The position numbers and the translations under genes are program-made. Shown one piece after another: positions 47,466-56,291 of a stretch of DNA of 64,000 bases. The DNA is from Nitrosopumilaceae archaeon (GTDB lineage: Archaea; Thermoproteota; Nitrososphaeria; Nitrososphaerales; Nitrosopumilaceae). Within the stretch, counting starts at the first letter, position 1. Each line of letters starts with the position of its first letter. Below the pieces are notes generated by a model. It did no database searches. It was not told the origin of the DNA and worked only from the letters and a program-made list of their open reading frames with translations. Location: the NCBI GenBank assembly GCA_052389415.1, contig JBQTHX010000014.1:1-64000 (forward strand). Direction: 5' to 3'.

Positions 47466-48479
47466 ATGATACAGTTGGGTATTAGGGATTTGGTGAAGTA
47501 TCCCTTTCTTGCTGAGACAGGAGAATATCTGCGTGATAAGGGCTTTAATTTAGAGCAGCTTGGACATCCAGATTGGAAGCCACTTGTAGAAAAAGCATAT
47601 GGAAGAATCATGGTAGCCACAACAGGACAGATCTACGGTTCAGTGGCTGAAGACTTTGAAAATATGGATTCCGAAATTCTTTCTTTTGTAATTGCAGTAA
47701 TTCTTTTAAAATCAGCTGGTATACCAACCTTAATCAAGAGATTTTCTCTTTCAGAAGCAAGAAGAGCTGAAAGATATTTACAGCGAGATCTTCAGAAAAA
47801 AAATGAAGCCGCATTAGAATTACCATTAAAAATAATGCATGATCTCTTTTCTGTAAAGATAGTAAGAGAAAGAGATGATTTTGTAATAAGTGTATCAGAT
47901 TATCTTAAACACGCAATTCATTTTCATGAAAAAGAATGGAAGCTTATTAACAGAAGAGTGAAAAATGGATCTGTGTTTTTGACAGCACGTGAAACGGTTA
48001 GACTCATACGAAAAGAATTAGATGGATACATAAATTCAAAAATTCAGGTAGCTAACATTCCATATATTCCTGATACCTTCAAAGAGCGTACAAATGATTT
48101 ATCCTTGCTTGCAAGAAATTTTTCAGAATACGTTACAATTTCTTCTGATTATCCACCGTGCATCAAACATGCAATCGATGTTCTTGAAAAAGGAGAGAAT
48201 TTGCCACATTCTGGTAGGTTTATGCTTGCTACCTTTCTATTTTCAAAAGGTCAAACGACGGAACAGATTGCTCCCTTATTTAAGAATGCTCCTGATTATA
48301 ACGAAAGAATAACTAGATATCAGCTTGAACATATTGCCGGATCTTCTGGGAAAGGAACAAGATATTCTTGTCCATCATGTGACAAACTTAAAAGTGAAAA
48401 TCTTTGTTTTGAAATACCAGAATGTAACGGGATAATAAATCCTGGTCAATTTGGAACAAAGAGGACTACAAATGCTTGA
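47466..48479 (+). CDS. priL: DNA primase large subunit
   Basis: KYPFL, WKLINR, PPCI, LPHSGRF, APDYNE..T.YQ..HI, Y.CPSC. Confidence 0.95.
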   Translation: MIQLGIRDLVKYPFLAETGEYLRDKGFNLEQLGHPDWKPLVEKAYGRIMVATTGQIYGSVAEDFENMDSEILSFVIAVILLKSAGIPTLIKRFSLSEARRAERYLQRDLQKKNEAALELPLKIMHDLFSVKIVRERDDFVISVSDYLKHAIHFHEKEWKLINRRVKNGSVFLTARETVRLIRKELDGYINSKIQVANIPYIPDTFKERTNDLSLLARNFSEYVTISSDYPPCIKHAIDVLEKGENLPHSGRFMLATFLFSKGQTTEQIAPLFKNAPDYNERITRYQLEHIAGSSGKGTRYSCPSCDKLKSENLCFEIPECNGIINPGQFGTKRTTNA

Positions 48480-49593
48480 AAAAAATCTGAATCTATTAAA
48501 TAATGCCTTCAAAGAATATTATTTCAAGAATTTCGAACTTGTAGAAATCCCTACAAGAATCTCGGAACGAGAATTTGGTTACCAAAAATTCAACGAGGGA
48601 ATGATAAGACATCTGTCCATAAAAGATGTGAAAGAATTACATTTGTTATTAATGACTAAAGCTCCCTCTGACATATATTGTTCAAATGCATATTACTCCT
48701 TTCCTAATCTGTCCATGTCAGAAAAGGATTGGAAAGGAGCAGATCTAATTTTTGATATTGACGCAAAAGATCTAAATCTTGATTGTAGAACAAGTCATAC
48801 TTTTTACAGATGTACATCTTGTCAAAGCATCGTAGGAACAGGAAATAATTGTGTCATATGCAAATCTACCAAACTTGAAACTATATCATTAGCTTGTAAA
48901 AATTGTGTAACTGAATCCAAGAAGGAAGTGATGAAACTTCTTGAAATATTAATCGAAGATTTCGGAATCAAAAAAGAGGAGATTAAAATCTACTTTTCTG
49001 GAAACGAAGGATTTCATATATATGTAGTAAATTTGGACTATCAAACACTTGGCTCAAGAGAAAGAGCCGATCTTGCTGATTATATTATGTTTAATGGAAT
49101 GTTGCCAGAGACCCTTGGTGTAAGCAAACAAACTAATTCTAAATCCACACTTCCAGATATTGATGAGGGGGGTTGGAGGGGAAGAATTGCAAAAGAACTG
49201 TTTGGTTCAAAGTTCAAGCGTACAAAGAGTATGCATGAAATCCAATCTGGTGGATATTTTGTATTTCAGGCAAAATTGCTAGATTGGAAATCAAAAATTG
49301 GAGTAAGTATAGATTCAAAAGTTACAATGGACATTCATAGAATTTTTAGATTAGGTGGTACTATAAACAGCAAGAGTGGTCTCTCAAAAATAGTGTGTAA
49401 TGATTTGAAAAACTTTGATCCATTTTCTGATGCATGTCTTATTGATGACGAAAAAGTTGAGATTATCGCAAATTGTCCAATTTCATTTAAACTAAAAAAT
49501 AAAAAATATGGTCCATATGGAAAAGAAAAGATTACTGTTCCAAAACATGTTGCAGTTTATTTAATATGCAAAGGCTGTGCAGATATTTGTTAA
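48472..49593 (+). CDS. priS: DNA primase small subunit
   Basis: REFG, DLIFDIDAKD, FSGNEGFH, D..VT.DIHRIFR..GTINSKSG. Confidence 0.95.
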   Translation: MLEKNLNLLNNAFKEYYFKNFELVEIPTRISEREFGYQKFNEGMIRHLSIKDVKELHLLLMTKAPSDIYCSNAYYSFPNLSMSEKDWKGADLIFDIDAKDLNLDCRTSHTFYRCTSCQSIVGTGNNCVICKSTKLETISLACKNCVTESKKEVMKLLEILIEDFGIKKEEIKIYFSGNEGFHIYVVNLDYQTLGSRERADLADYIMFNGMLPETLGVSKQTNSKSTLPDIDEGGWRGRIAKELFGSKFKRTKSMHEIQSGGYFVFQAKLLDWKSKIGVSIDSKVTMDIHRIFRLGGTINSKSGLSKIVCNDLKNFDPFSDACLIDDEKVEIIANCPISFKLKNKKYGPYGKEKITVPKHVAVYLICKGCADIC

Positions 49594-49667
49594 AATTTCA
49601 ATATTACTAATTGTTAGAGATTATCTAACACAAGGAGTTTAAATTATACTCGCTAATTACCCACATT

Positions 49668-50516
49668 ATGAAGGTTGGAATTCATGTATCTATTTCTGGT
49701 TCGATAAGCAATGCGGTGGATAATGCCTTAACTTTGGGCTGTAGTGCATTTCAAATTTTTACAAGAAATCCACGGGGTTGGAAAGCAAAACAACTTTTAA
49801 CTGATGACATAAATAATTTTAGAGAAAAATTAGCTTCTAGTAAAATTGAAAGATCTGCCACAGTTGCTCACATGCCATATTTACCGAATCTTTCATCTCC
49901 AGATCATGATCCTGACTCAAAATCGTTGAATTCACTATTAGAAGAGTTGAAACGGTGTAGTCAGTTAGGAATTCCTTATCTTGTGACACATCTTGGAAGC
50001 CATAAGGCTGCTGGTGACCAAAAAGGAATTGAGAAATTAGTTGAGAATTTTACAAAGGCTGTAAGAAACTCCCCAAGTGATGTTATGATACTTTTGGAGA
50101 ATACTGCTGGACAAAAAAATAGTGTGGGTTCAGATTTTGAACAGCTTGCTTCCATTTTTTTCCAACTAAAACCATCAAAACGATTTGGTATATGCCTGGA
50201 TACATGTCATGCCTTTGCAGCAGGATATGATCTACGAACCGAAAAATCAGCTAAATCAACCTTAGAACAATTTGATAAATTCGTTGGAATAGATCACCTA
50301 AAGATTATCCATCTTAATGATTCACAAGGAGAAATTGGTTGCCATAAAGACAGGCATGAGCACATTGGTCTTGGAAAAATCGGAGAAACTGGTCTCAGAT
50401 ATGTCGTAAGATTTGCCAATTCTAAGAAAATCCCAGTCATTTTGGAAACACCTATTGATGATAGATGTGATGCCTTTGGAAACATAAAAAAAGTAAAGGA
50501 ATTCGCTGAACTGTAG
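49668..50516 (+). CDS. nfo: Endonuclease IV
   Basis: QIFTRNPR, H.PY..NL, LENTAG, CLDTCH, HLNDS, DRHEHIG, ILETP. Confidence 0.95.
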   Translation: MKVGIHVSISGSISNAVDNALTLGCSAFQIFTRNPRGWKAKQLLTDDINNFREKLASSKIERSATVAHMPYLPNLSSPDHDPDSKSLNSLLEELKRCSQLGIPYLVTHLGSHKAAGDQKGIEKLVENFTKAVRNSPSDVMILLENTAGQKNSVGSDFEQLASIFFQLKPSKRFGICLDTCHAFAAGYDLRTEKSAKSTLEQFDKFVGIDHLKIIHLNDSQGEIGCHKDRHEHIGLGKIGETGLRYVVRFANSKKIPVILETPIDDRCDAFGNIKKVKEFAEL

Positions 50517-50533
50517 TGGTTGGTTGATATGTT

Positions 50534-51997
50534 GTGAACTATGAACAAATAATGCAGCTTGCTCTAGAACGAGGATTTTATTTTCCAAGTTGTGAGATAT
50601 ATGCAGATGCACAAGCTGGTTTTTGGGAATATGGACCAGTCGGGGTAAGTTTTAAAAATAAATTCATAGAACTTTGGAGACGTGAATTCATTAGAAGAGA
50701 TAGAATGATGGAGATCGATGGTTCTCAGATAATGTCAGAATCAGTTTTTAAGGCGTCTGGACATCTAGCAAGCTTTGCGGACCCAATTGTGGTATGTGAA
50801 AAATGTAAATCCATTTTTAGAGCTGACAGATTGATCACAGAAGCTACCTCCATCGCAGTTCCTGAAAGTTCAGATCTTTCCGAGTTTGATAGACTAATCA
50901 CAGAGCACACTCTAGTTTGCCCAAAATGTAGCGGCAAATTCAATAAAGCAAACAAATTCAATATGATGTTCAGAGTAGGAATAGGTCCCGAGTCAGAATC
51001 ATCTTATCTGAGACCAGAAACATGTCAATCTATCTTTGTAGATTTTCCAAGACTCTATAAAACAATGAGAGGAAAGCTGCCTGTTGGAATAGCACAAATT
51101 GGCAAGAGTTTTAGAAACGAGATTTCTCCACGCCAAAGTCTTTTGAGACTAAGAGAATTCTATCAAGCAGAAATTGAAGTTTTTTGTAATCCAAACAAGC
51201 TAAATAATCTTGAAAAATTTTCTGAGATTGAAAACACACAGATCAGAATAATGACAGATGATACTATCAAATACATAACATGCAAGGAAGCATTAGATTT
51301 AGGGATTTTACCTAACAAACTTGTTGCGTATTATTTGGGATTACTTACAGAGTTTTATCAAAAAACTGGTATTGATATCAAAAAAAGTAGATTTAGAAAA
51401 CTGGGAGATAAAGAAAAAGCGTTTTATGCATCAGTAGCTTTTGATTTTGAGGTAGAAACTACCACAGGATGGCTGGAACTTGTTGCGTGCAATTATAGAT
51501 CAGATTATGATCTGAAGAGTCATGCCAATACGAGTAATGAAAAATTTGAAGTGATGGATGAAGATACTAAGGTTCTTCCACATGTATTCGAACTTTCTAT
51601 GGGTATTGATAGAAGTCTGTATACGATATTAGAACATAGTTTACGCGATGATAAAGAAAATGATAGAGTTGTTCTTTCATTAAAACCGTATCTAGCTCCA
51701 ATCCATGTAGGTGTTCTTTCACTTATGAAGAAAGATGGTCTAGCAGAAAAAACAGAAGAAATTTTTTCAAAGATCAAGAGATCATTTGATGTATTCTTGG
51801 ATCATTCTGGTGCTATAGGAAGACGGTATAGACGACTCGATGAGGTTGGATCACCCTTTGCAATTACTGTAGATCACCAAACTCTTCAAGATGATACTGT
51901 CACAGTTCGAGAACGTGATTCAATGAATCAAGAAAGGATAAAGATTTCAGAAATCCATTCATATATTTCAGGCAAGGTTGCTTTTCCCTTGACATAA
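50534..51997 (+). CDS. glyS: Glycine--tRNA ligase (alpha2 type)
   Basis: SGH..F.DP, YLRPETCQ, GKSFRNEISPR, PHVFELSMGIDR, IGRRYRR.DEVG. Confidence 0.96.
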   Translation: MNYEQIMQLALERGFYFPSCEIYADAQAGFWEYGPVGVSFKNKFIELWRREFIRRDRMMEIDGSQIMSESVFKASGHLASFADPIVVCEKCKSIFRADRLITEATSIAVPESSDLSEFDRLITEHTLVCPKCSGKFNKANKFNMMFRVGIGPESESSYLRPETCQSIFVDFPRLYKTMRGKLPVGIAQIGKSFRNEISPRQSLLRLREFYQAEIEVFCNPNKLNNLEKFSEIENTQIRIMTDDTIKYITCKEALDLGILPNKLVAYYLGLLTEFYQKTGIDIKKSRFRKLGDKEKAFYASVAFDFEVETTTGWLELVACNYRSDYDLKSHANTSNEKFEVMDEDTKVLPHVFELSMGIDRSLYTILEHSLRDDKENDRVVLSLKPYLAPIHVGVLSLMKKDGLAEKTEEIFSKIKRSFDVFLDHSGAIGRRYRRLDEVGSPFAITVDHQTLQDDTVTVRERDSMNQERIKISEIHSYISGKVAFPLT

Positions 51998-52083
51998 TGC
52001 ATTTACCAAGTAATAATTAGCAGCAATTTTTTAAAAGATATAAAAAGTGGACGTAATCGCCAGTCTTCCCATTGCGAGTTCCC

Positions 52084-52725
52084 CTACTCGTATGTTGATT
52101 GTGACGATACTCCTGAGGGTGATGGAACTGATGGGAATCTATCGCCAATCTGTTGTTCTGCAACTGCAGATGCTTCTTGTAGAATCTTATCTGTTTCTTC
52201 ACTTGATACATCAGAATCTACGCTAAAGTCTCCACCTGCTAACGAGTCCATCATTAATCCGTTGAGTGTTTGTGTCATAGAGTTAAGTTCTGCATCTGCT
52301 TCAGGCATAAATCTTCCAAGTGAAGATTTTAATCCCTTCATAGTTGACATTGCAGGTGCGATAGCTACCATTGCATCTCCAAGATCATGTATGGTAGTCA
52401 GGCGCAATTGTACTTGCTCCAATGCCATTCTTGCATTGCCTAACATCTTTGTAACCTTCCTAATTTCTGCTAACTCGTTGGACAAGACTCTGCTCGTACT
52501 AGCATCGTGTTGTTGCATTGCGGCTACGATTCGTTTGAAAAGCTGTGTATCTCGTTCTCTTAGCTTTCCTAACATAGAATCCATCTTCGATATCTGACCC
52601 TGTAATTTGTTTACGGCTCCCTCAATTCTAGGTTTGAGGGCTCCCTGTGGTTTTACAGCGTCATGTATTCTTTCGTTTAAACCTCTGGTCTCTTGTCGAG
52701 TCCAGGTTTTATCGAAGCCTGTCAT
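52084..52725 (-). CDS. cdvB: ESCRT-III / Snf7-family cell division protein (CdvB paralog)
   Basis: Coiled-coil core, NELAEIRK, ALEQVQLRLTT...GD, acidic C-terminus ending FPSVP. Confidence 0.88.
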   Translation of the reverse strand: MTGFDKTWTRQETRGLNERIHDAVKPQGALKPRIEGAVNKLQGQISKMDSMLGKLRERDTQLFKRIVAAMQQHDASTSRVLSNELAEIRKVTKMLGNARMALEQVQLRLTTIHDLGDAMVAIAPAMSTMKGLKSSLGRFMPEADAELNSMTQTLNGLMMDSLAGGDFSVDSDVSSEETDKILQEASAVAEQQIGDRFPSVPSPSGVSSQSTYE

Positions 52726-52832
52726 GCGAGGTAGTTGAAAATTTACTTCTTAATGTCGGGTGTATATTATCATCAACATTAGACTAAATTTAGCTAACAA
52801 AATGTAAATCAGGCACGTATTTAGCTATTAAC

Positions 52833-53591
52833 ATGCCAAGAATAGTAGTTTTTGATTCTGGTTTTGGTTCTCTTTCAATAATAAGGTCAATACAAAAAAA
52901 GATAAAATTAGAAATCATCTATTTTGCGGATCAAAAGAATTTTCCGTATGGTACAAAATCGGTTTTCGATCTAAGAAAAATTATTTTATCGACTATAGAT
53001 AAATTAGAAAAAATATTTGAGCCTGACTTGATAGTAGTTGGATCAAACACTCCTTCGTTATTATTAAAAGACATTATCAAACCAAGAATCATTGGCGTTG
53101 TTCCACCAATAAAGAAAGCAGTTAACAAGACAAAAACAAATAACATAGCGCTACTTGTAACTAAATCTGTTGCAGAAAGTCATTCATTTAATAATTATTT
53201 AAAAAAAAATATACCAGATAGAATCAAAGTAATCGTAATAAATGCGTCATCCCTTGTAGATCTTGTTGAATCTGGTAAATTTATTCATGCTAAAAATTTT
53301 TGCAGAAGAATAATAGAAAAATCATTACTAGAACCAATAATGACTAATAATATTGATGTTGTAACACTATCCAGCACACATATGCCATTTCTTCTGCCTA
53401 TTTTACAACAGATATTTCCGAATGTTACTTTTCTAGATCCAGCATGTACAATAGCAGATCAAGTTGTGAAGAAATTAAAGAAAAAAAATTCAAAAAGAGG
53501 CTCATTAAAAATTTTTACTTCTGGAAATGTGAAACTTTTTCAAAAACAATTACTACAGCTGGGAATAAAAAATACGGTAAAATCATTATAA
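52833..53591 (+). CDS. Glutamate racemase (MurI)-like protein lacking both catalytic cysteines
   Basis: FDSGFG, D...PYGTKS, GSNT (normally ACNT), SSTH (normally GCTH). Confidence 0.8.
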   Translation: MPRIVVFDSGFGSLSIIRSIQKKIKLEIIYFADQKNFPYGTKSVFDLRKIILSTIDKLEKIFEPDLIVVGSNTPSLLLKDIIKPRIIGVVPPIKKAVNKTKTNNIALLVTKSVAESHSFNNYLKKNIPDRIKVIVINASSLVDLVESGKFIHAKNFCRRIIEKSLLEPIMTNNIDVVTLSSTHMPFLLPILQQIFPNVTFLDPACTIADQVVKKLKKKNSKRGSLKIFTSGNVKLFQKQLLQLGIKNTVKSL

Positions 53592-54353
53592 TTTGATCTT
53601 TGTTTTTCTGAAGCCATGACTGAAAGTCTTGTCATATAATCTAGAATATTCATAAGATTTCGGATTGATAACATCACCAATAATTATGATTGCGGTGCGA
53701 GTAATTTTTTGATCTCTTATTTTTTTTGTGATATCATTTAGTGTTCCTATTATTATTTTCTGATCTTTCCAACTTGCGCGATAAACAACAGCGATAGGTG
53801 TGTATTTTGAGTATCCTCCTTCGAGTACTTGTTTTACTATATCTGAGAGAAGATGTATGCTTAGGTAGAATATCATAGTAGCTTTGTGTCTGGCAAGATC
53901 TGTGATTCTCTCTTGTTTTGGAACCCTAGTTCGGGACTCGGCTCTCGTAATAATAATTGTTTGAGTTACGCCTGGTAAGGTGAGTTCAGAACCCAAGGCT
54001 GCAGCAGAGGCCAAAAAGGACGTGATTCCTGGGATTATTTCAAATTCTATTCCTTCTTTTTTTAGATTGTCTGTCTGTTCTCTAATCGCACCATAAATAC
54101 TTGGATCTCCATCATGTAATCTAATTACTAGCTTACCTTTCTTTGCGCCAGTTTTTAAAATGTCAAAAATTTCTTCTCTAACTAATTTTGAAGCATCATG
54201 TAGTTTTGCTTTATTACATAATTTAATGATCTCTTGTGGAATCAGAGAACCTGAATAGACTACGACATCTGCATCTTGTATCAATTTTTTTGCTTTTAGT
54301 GTGATAAGATCAGGATCACCTGGTCCGCAACCAACAAAGTAAACCTTAGACAC
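53586..54353 (-). CDS. cbiF: Cobalt-precorrin-4 C11-methyltransferase
   Basis: VGCGPGDPDLIT, YSGSL, RLHDGDPSIYGAIREQ, ELTLPGVTQT, SRLYD..FSH. Confidence 0.95.
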   Translation of the reverse strand: MSKVYFVGCGPGDPDLITLKAKKLIQDADVVVYSGSLIPQEIIKLCNKAKLHDASKLVREEIFDILKTGAKKGKLVIRLHDGDPSIYGAIREQTDNLKKEGIEFEIIPGITSFLASAAALGSELTLPGVTQTIIITRAESRTRVPKQERITDLARHKATMIFYLSIHLLSDIVKQVLEGGYSKYTPIAVVYRASWKDQKIIIGTLNDITKKIRDQKITRTAIIIIGDVINPKSYEYSRLYDKTFSHGFRKTKIKL

Positions 54354-55068
54354 GCTTTACCACCATTATTGAAAAATATTTGTTAGTGAAAGTATCTTTA
54401 TCAACTTCTCCAAGTGTCAGTTTTTTAACGATTTCCATATCAGTGCCTACGTCTTGTGCTATAGCAAAAATTGAATTGTCAGAAAATCCTGCTTCTTTTA
54501 ATAAATTAATAACTTGATCAAAATATCTTCCATCCTTTAGGAAAATCATTGTATCACAATTTTTTGCTGTTTCTTTTACTCTTGAAAGATCATAACAAGC
54601 AGGAATTACCGCTACGGTTTCATCGCCTTCTGCAATACTTATTCCTACCTTGGATGCGAATGCGAACATAGATACTATTCCGGGAATAACTGTAGTCTTA
54701 ATTTCTGGATATTTTGATCGTAGTTCACGTTGTATATAGATCCAAGTACTATAGATCGAAGGATCACCTACAGTAAGATAAACGACATTTTTACCTGATT
54801 TTATTGCATTTGCTATTTCTTGAGTATTTTTTTCCCATGTATTTTCAAGTGTTTCTTTATCCTTGACCATTGGAAAAACCAAGTTAATGATTTCTGGTTT
54901 TTTAGAATTGTCAATTATTGAAGATATTATAGAATAAGCTATGCTTGCTTTTCCTTCCTTGGATGTAGGGCACATTATAATATCTGCATTATGTATGGCC
55001 TTCACAGCTTTGACAGTTAGGAGATCAGGGTCTCCAGGTCCACATCCAACACATACTAGCTCTTCCAT
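54346..55068 (-). CDS. cbiL: Cobalt-precorrin-2 C20-methyltransferase
   Basis: GPGDPDLLTVKA, FPM, GDPSIYST, KYFS. Confidence 0.93.
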   Translation of the reverse strand: MEELVCVGCGPGDPDLLTVKAVKAIHNADIIMCPTSKEGKASIAYSIISSIIDNSKKPEIINLVFPMVKDKETLENTWEKNTQEIANAIKSGKNVVYLTVGDPSIYSTWIYIQRELRSKYPEIKTTVIPGIVSMFAFASKVGISIAEGDETVAVIPACYDLSRVKETAKNCDTMIFLKDGRYFDQVINLLKEAGFSDNSIFAIAQDVGTDMEIVKKLTLGEVDKDTFTNKYFSIMVVKRV

Positions 55069-55154
55069 TAGAAGCGATTCAAGTTGTACCTAATTAAAAG
55101 TTAGATTTTAAAGAAATACTTTACAATAGTGACAAGCACGAAAATAATGATATG

Positions 55155-55745
55155 TTAGATTTTTGTTGCTGATATCACAGTAACAGGATTTCTCGCAAGC
55201 ATCATCGTTCCAGTAGAAGTTTTCCTACTTTTTGAAACAGTTATTTGTGTAACATCGATTGATGAAAATTTCAATTTTTCTATTATTTCCAATACAGCAA
55301 TTAATGTTTCAAGTAAGATTGTACCAATTACTATTCTACCGCCTGATTTTAATTTCGCTTCACATAGTCTGAGTATATCTTTAGTATCTCGTCCAGTTCC
55401 TCCTATGAAAATCGCGTCAGCGTTTGGTAGTTCAGGAATTTTTTCTATTGCATTACCCAGAATTAGGGTAATATTGAAAATTTGAAATTTTTCCATGTTT
55501 TTCTTGGTCAATTCAATGGCTTTTGGATCATGATCAATTGAGAATACTTTACCAGATTGTTTTATCTGCAATGCAGCTTCGATAGATACAGATCCACTTC
55601 CACAACCAATATCATATACAATCTGATTTTGTGATAATCTTGCTTTGCTTATCTGTATTGCTCTAACTTCCTCCTTTGTTATTGGAACCTCTTCTATTCT
55701 CTCAAACAATTCATCTGGTATGCCAGGTGTACTATGTTTCCACAT
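55155..55745 (-). CDS. cbiT: Cobalt-precorrin-6B C15-methyltransferase (decarboxylating)
   Basis: PGIPDELF, PITKEEVR, DIGCGSGSVS, FIGG, ARNPV. Confidence 0.95.
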   Translation of the reverse strand: MWKHSTPGIPDELFERIEEVPITKEEVRAIQISKARLSQNQIVYDIGCGSGSVSIEAALQIKQSGKVFSIDHDPKAIELTKKNMEKFQIFNITLILGNAIEKIPELPNADAIFIGGTGRDTKDILRLCEAKLKSGGRIVIGTILLETLIAVLEIIEKLKFSSIDVTQITVSKSRKTSTGTMMLARNPVTVISATKI

Positions 55746-55778
55746 CTAGCAAAATGAGATATTATAGATATTTTAGTG

Positions 55779-56195
55779 CTACTTAACAGGAAGACCAGAT
55801 ACTGCTGGATGCATTAGAGTATTCACAAGAATCCAAGAAAATATGAAGATAAAGAAGTAACTTCCAATTCCTGTTGTAATTAATTTTTTCTTATCTGATG
55901 TAGGTAAGGGAATTCGCATTGCCTTTGCTATTCCATAAGAGACTATGAACAAAAGAATCATGATTCCAAAACCCATGTATGCTCTGTAGCTAGAATCAAT
56001 GGGACCCCCCAGAATGGTGGCAATAATACCAGCTAGTACACCAAGACCAACCCTCATCCAAAAGAGTGTACCTATTGGATTTTTTGTTATTCCTTGTGTT
56101 TGTGTTCCAGTTGGCTCACTTGGAAGTGAATCCTTTATGTTCGAATCATCTATAGATTTCTTTTCTTCTTCTTTTTTCTTTGGATGTCTGGTCAA
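55779..56195 (-). CDS. Three-TM membrane protein, EMC6/Rab5ip-like
   Basis: W.R..LGVLAGIIA.ILG, second TM, basic loop KKKL.T.G..SY, third TM ending SWIL..TL. Confidence 0.55.
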   Translation of the reverse strand: MTRHPKKKEEEKKSIDDSNIKDSLPSEPTGTQTQGITKNPIGTLFWMRVGLGVLAGIIATILGGPIDSSYRAYMGFGIMILLFIVSYGIAKAMRIPLPTSDKKKLITTGIGSYFFIFIFSWILVNTLMHPAVSGLPVK

Positions 56196-56291
56196 GTAAA
56201 TTTACAAAGTGACTCATAGGAAACCATGCTTAAAATCTTTGTTTCCCACAACAACAGTAACAGTATAATTTTGGAGCGATAATGCGTTATC

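Noticed and set aside
52017-52211. 64-aa minus-strand ORF overlapping the cdvB 3' end
   Set aside because: Alternative frame of cdvB with no recognisable features or start signals
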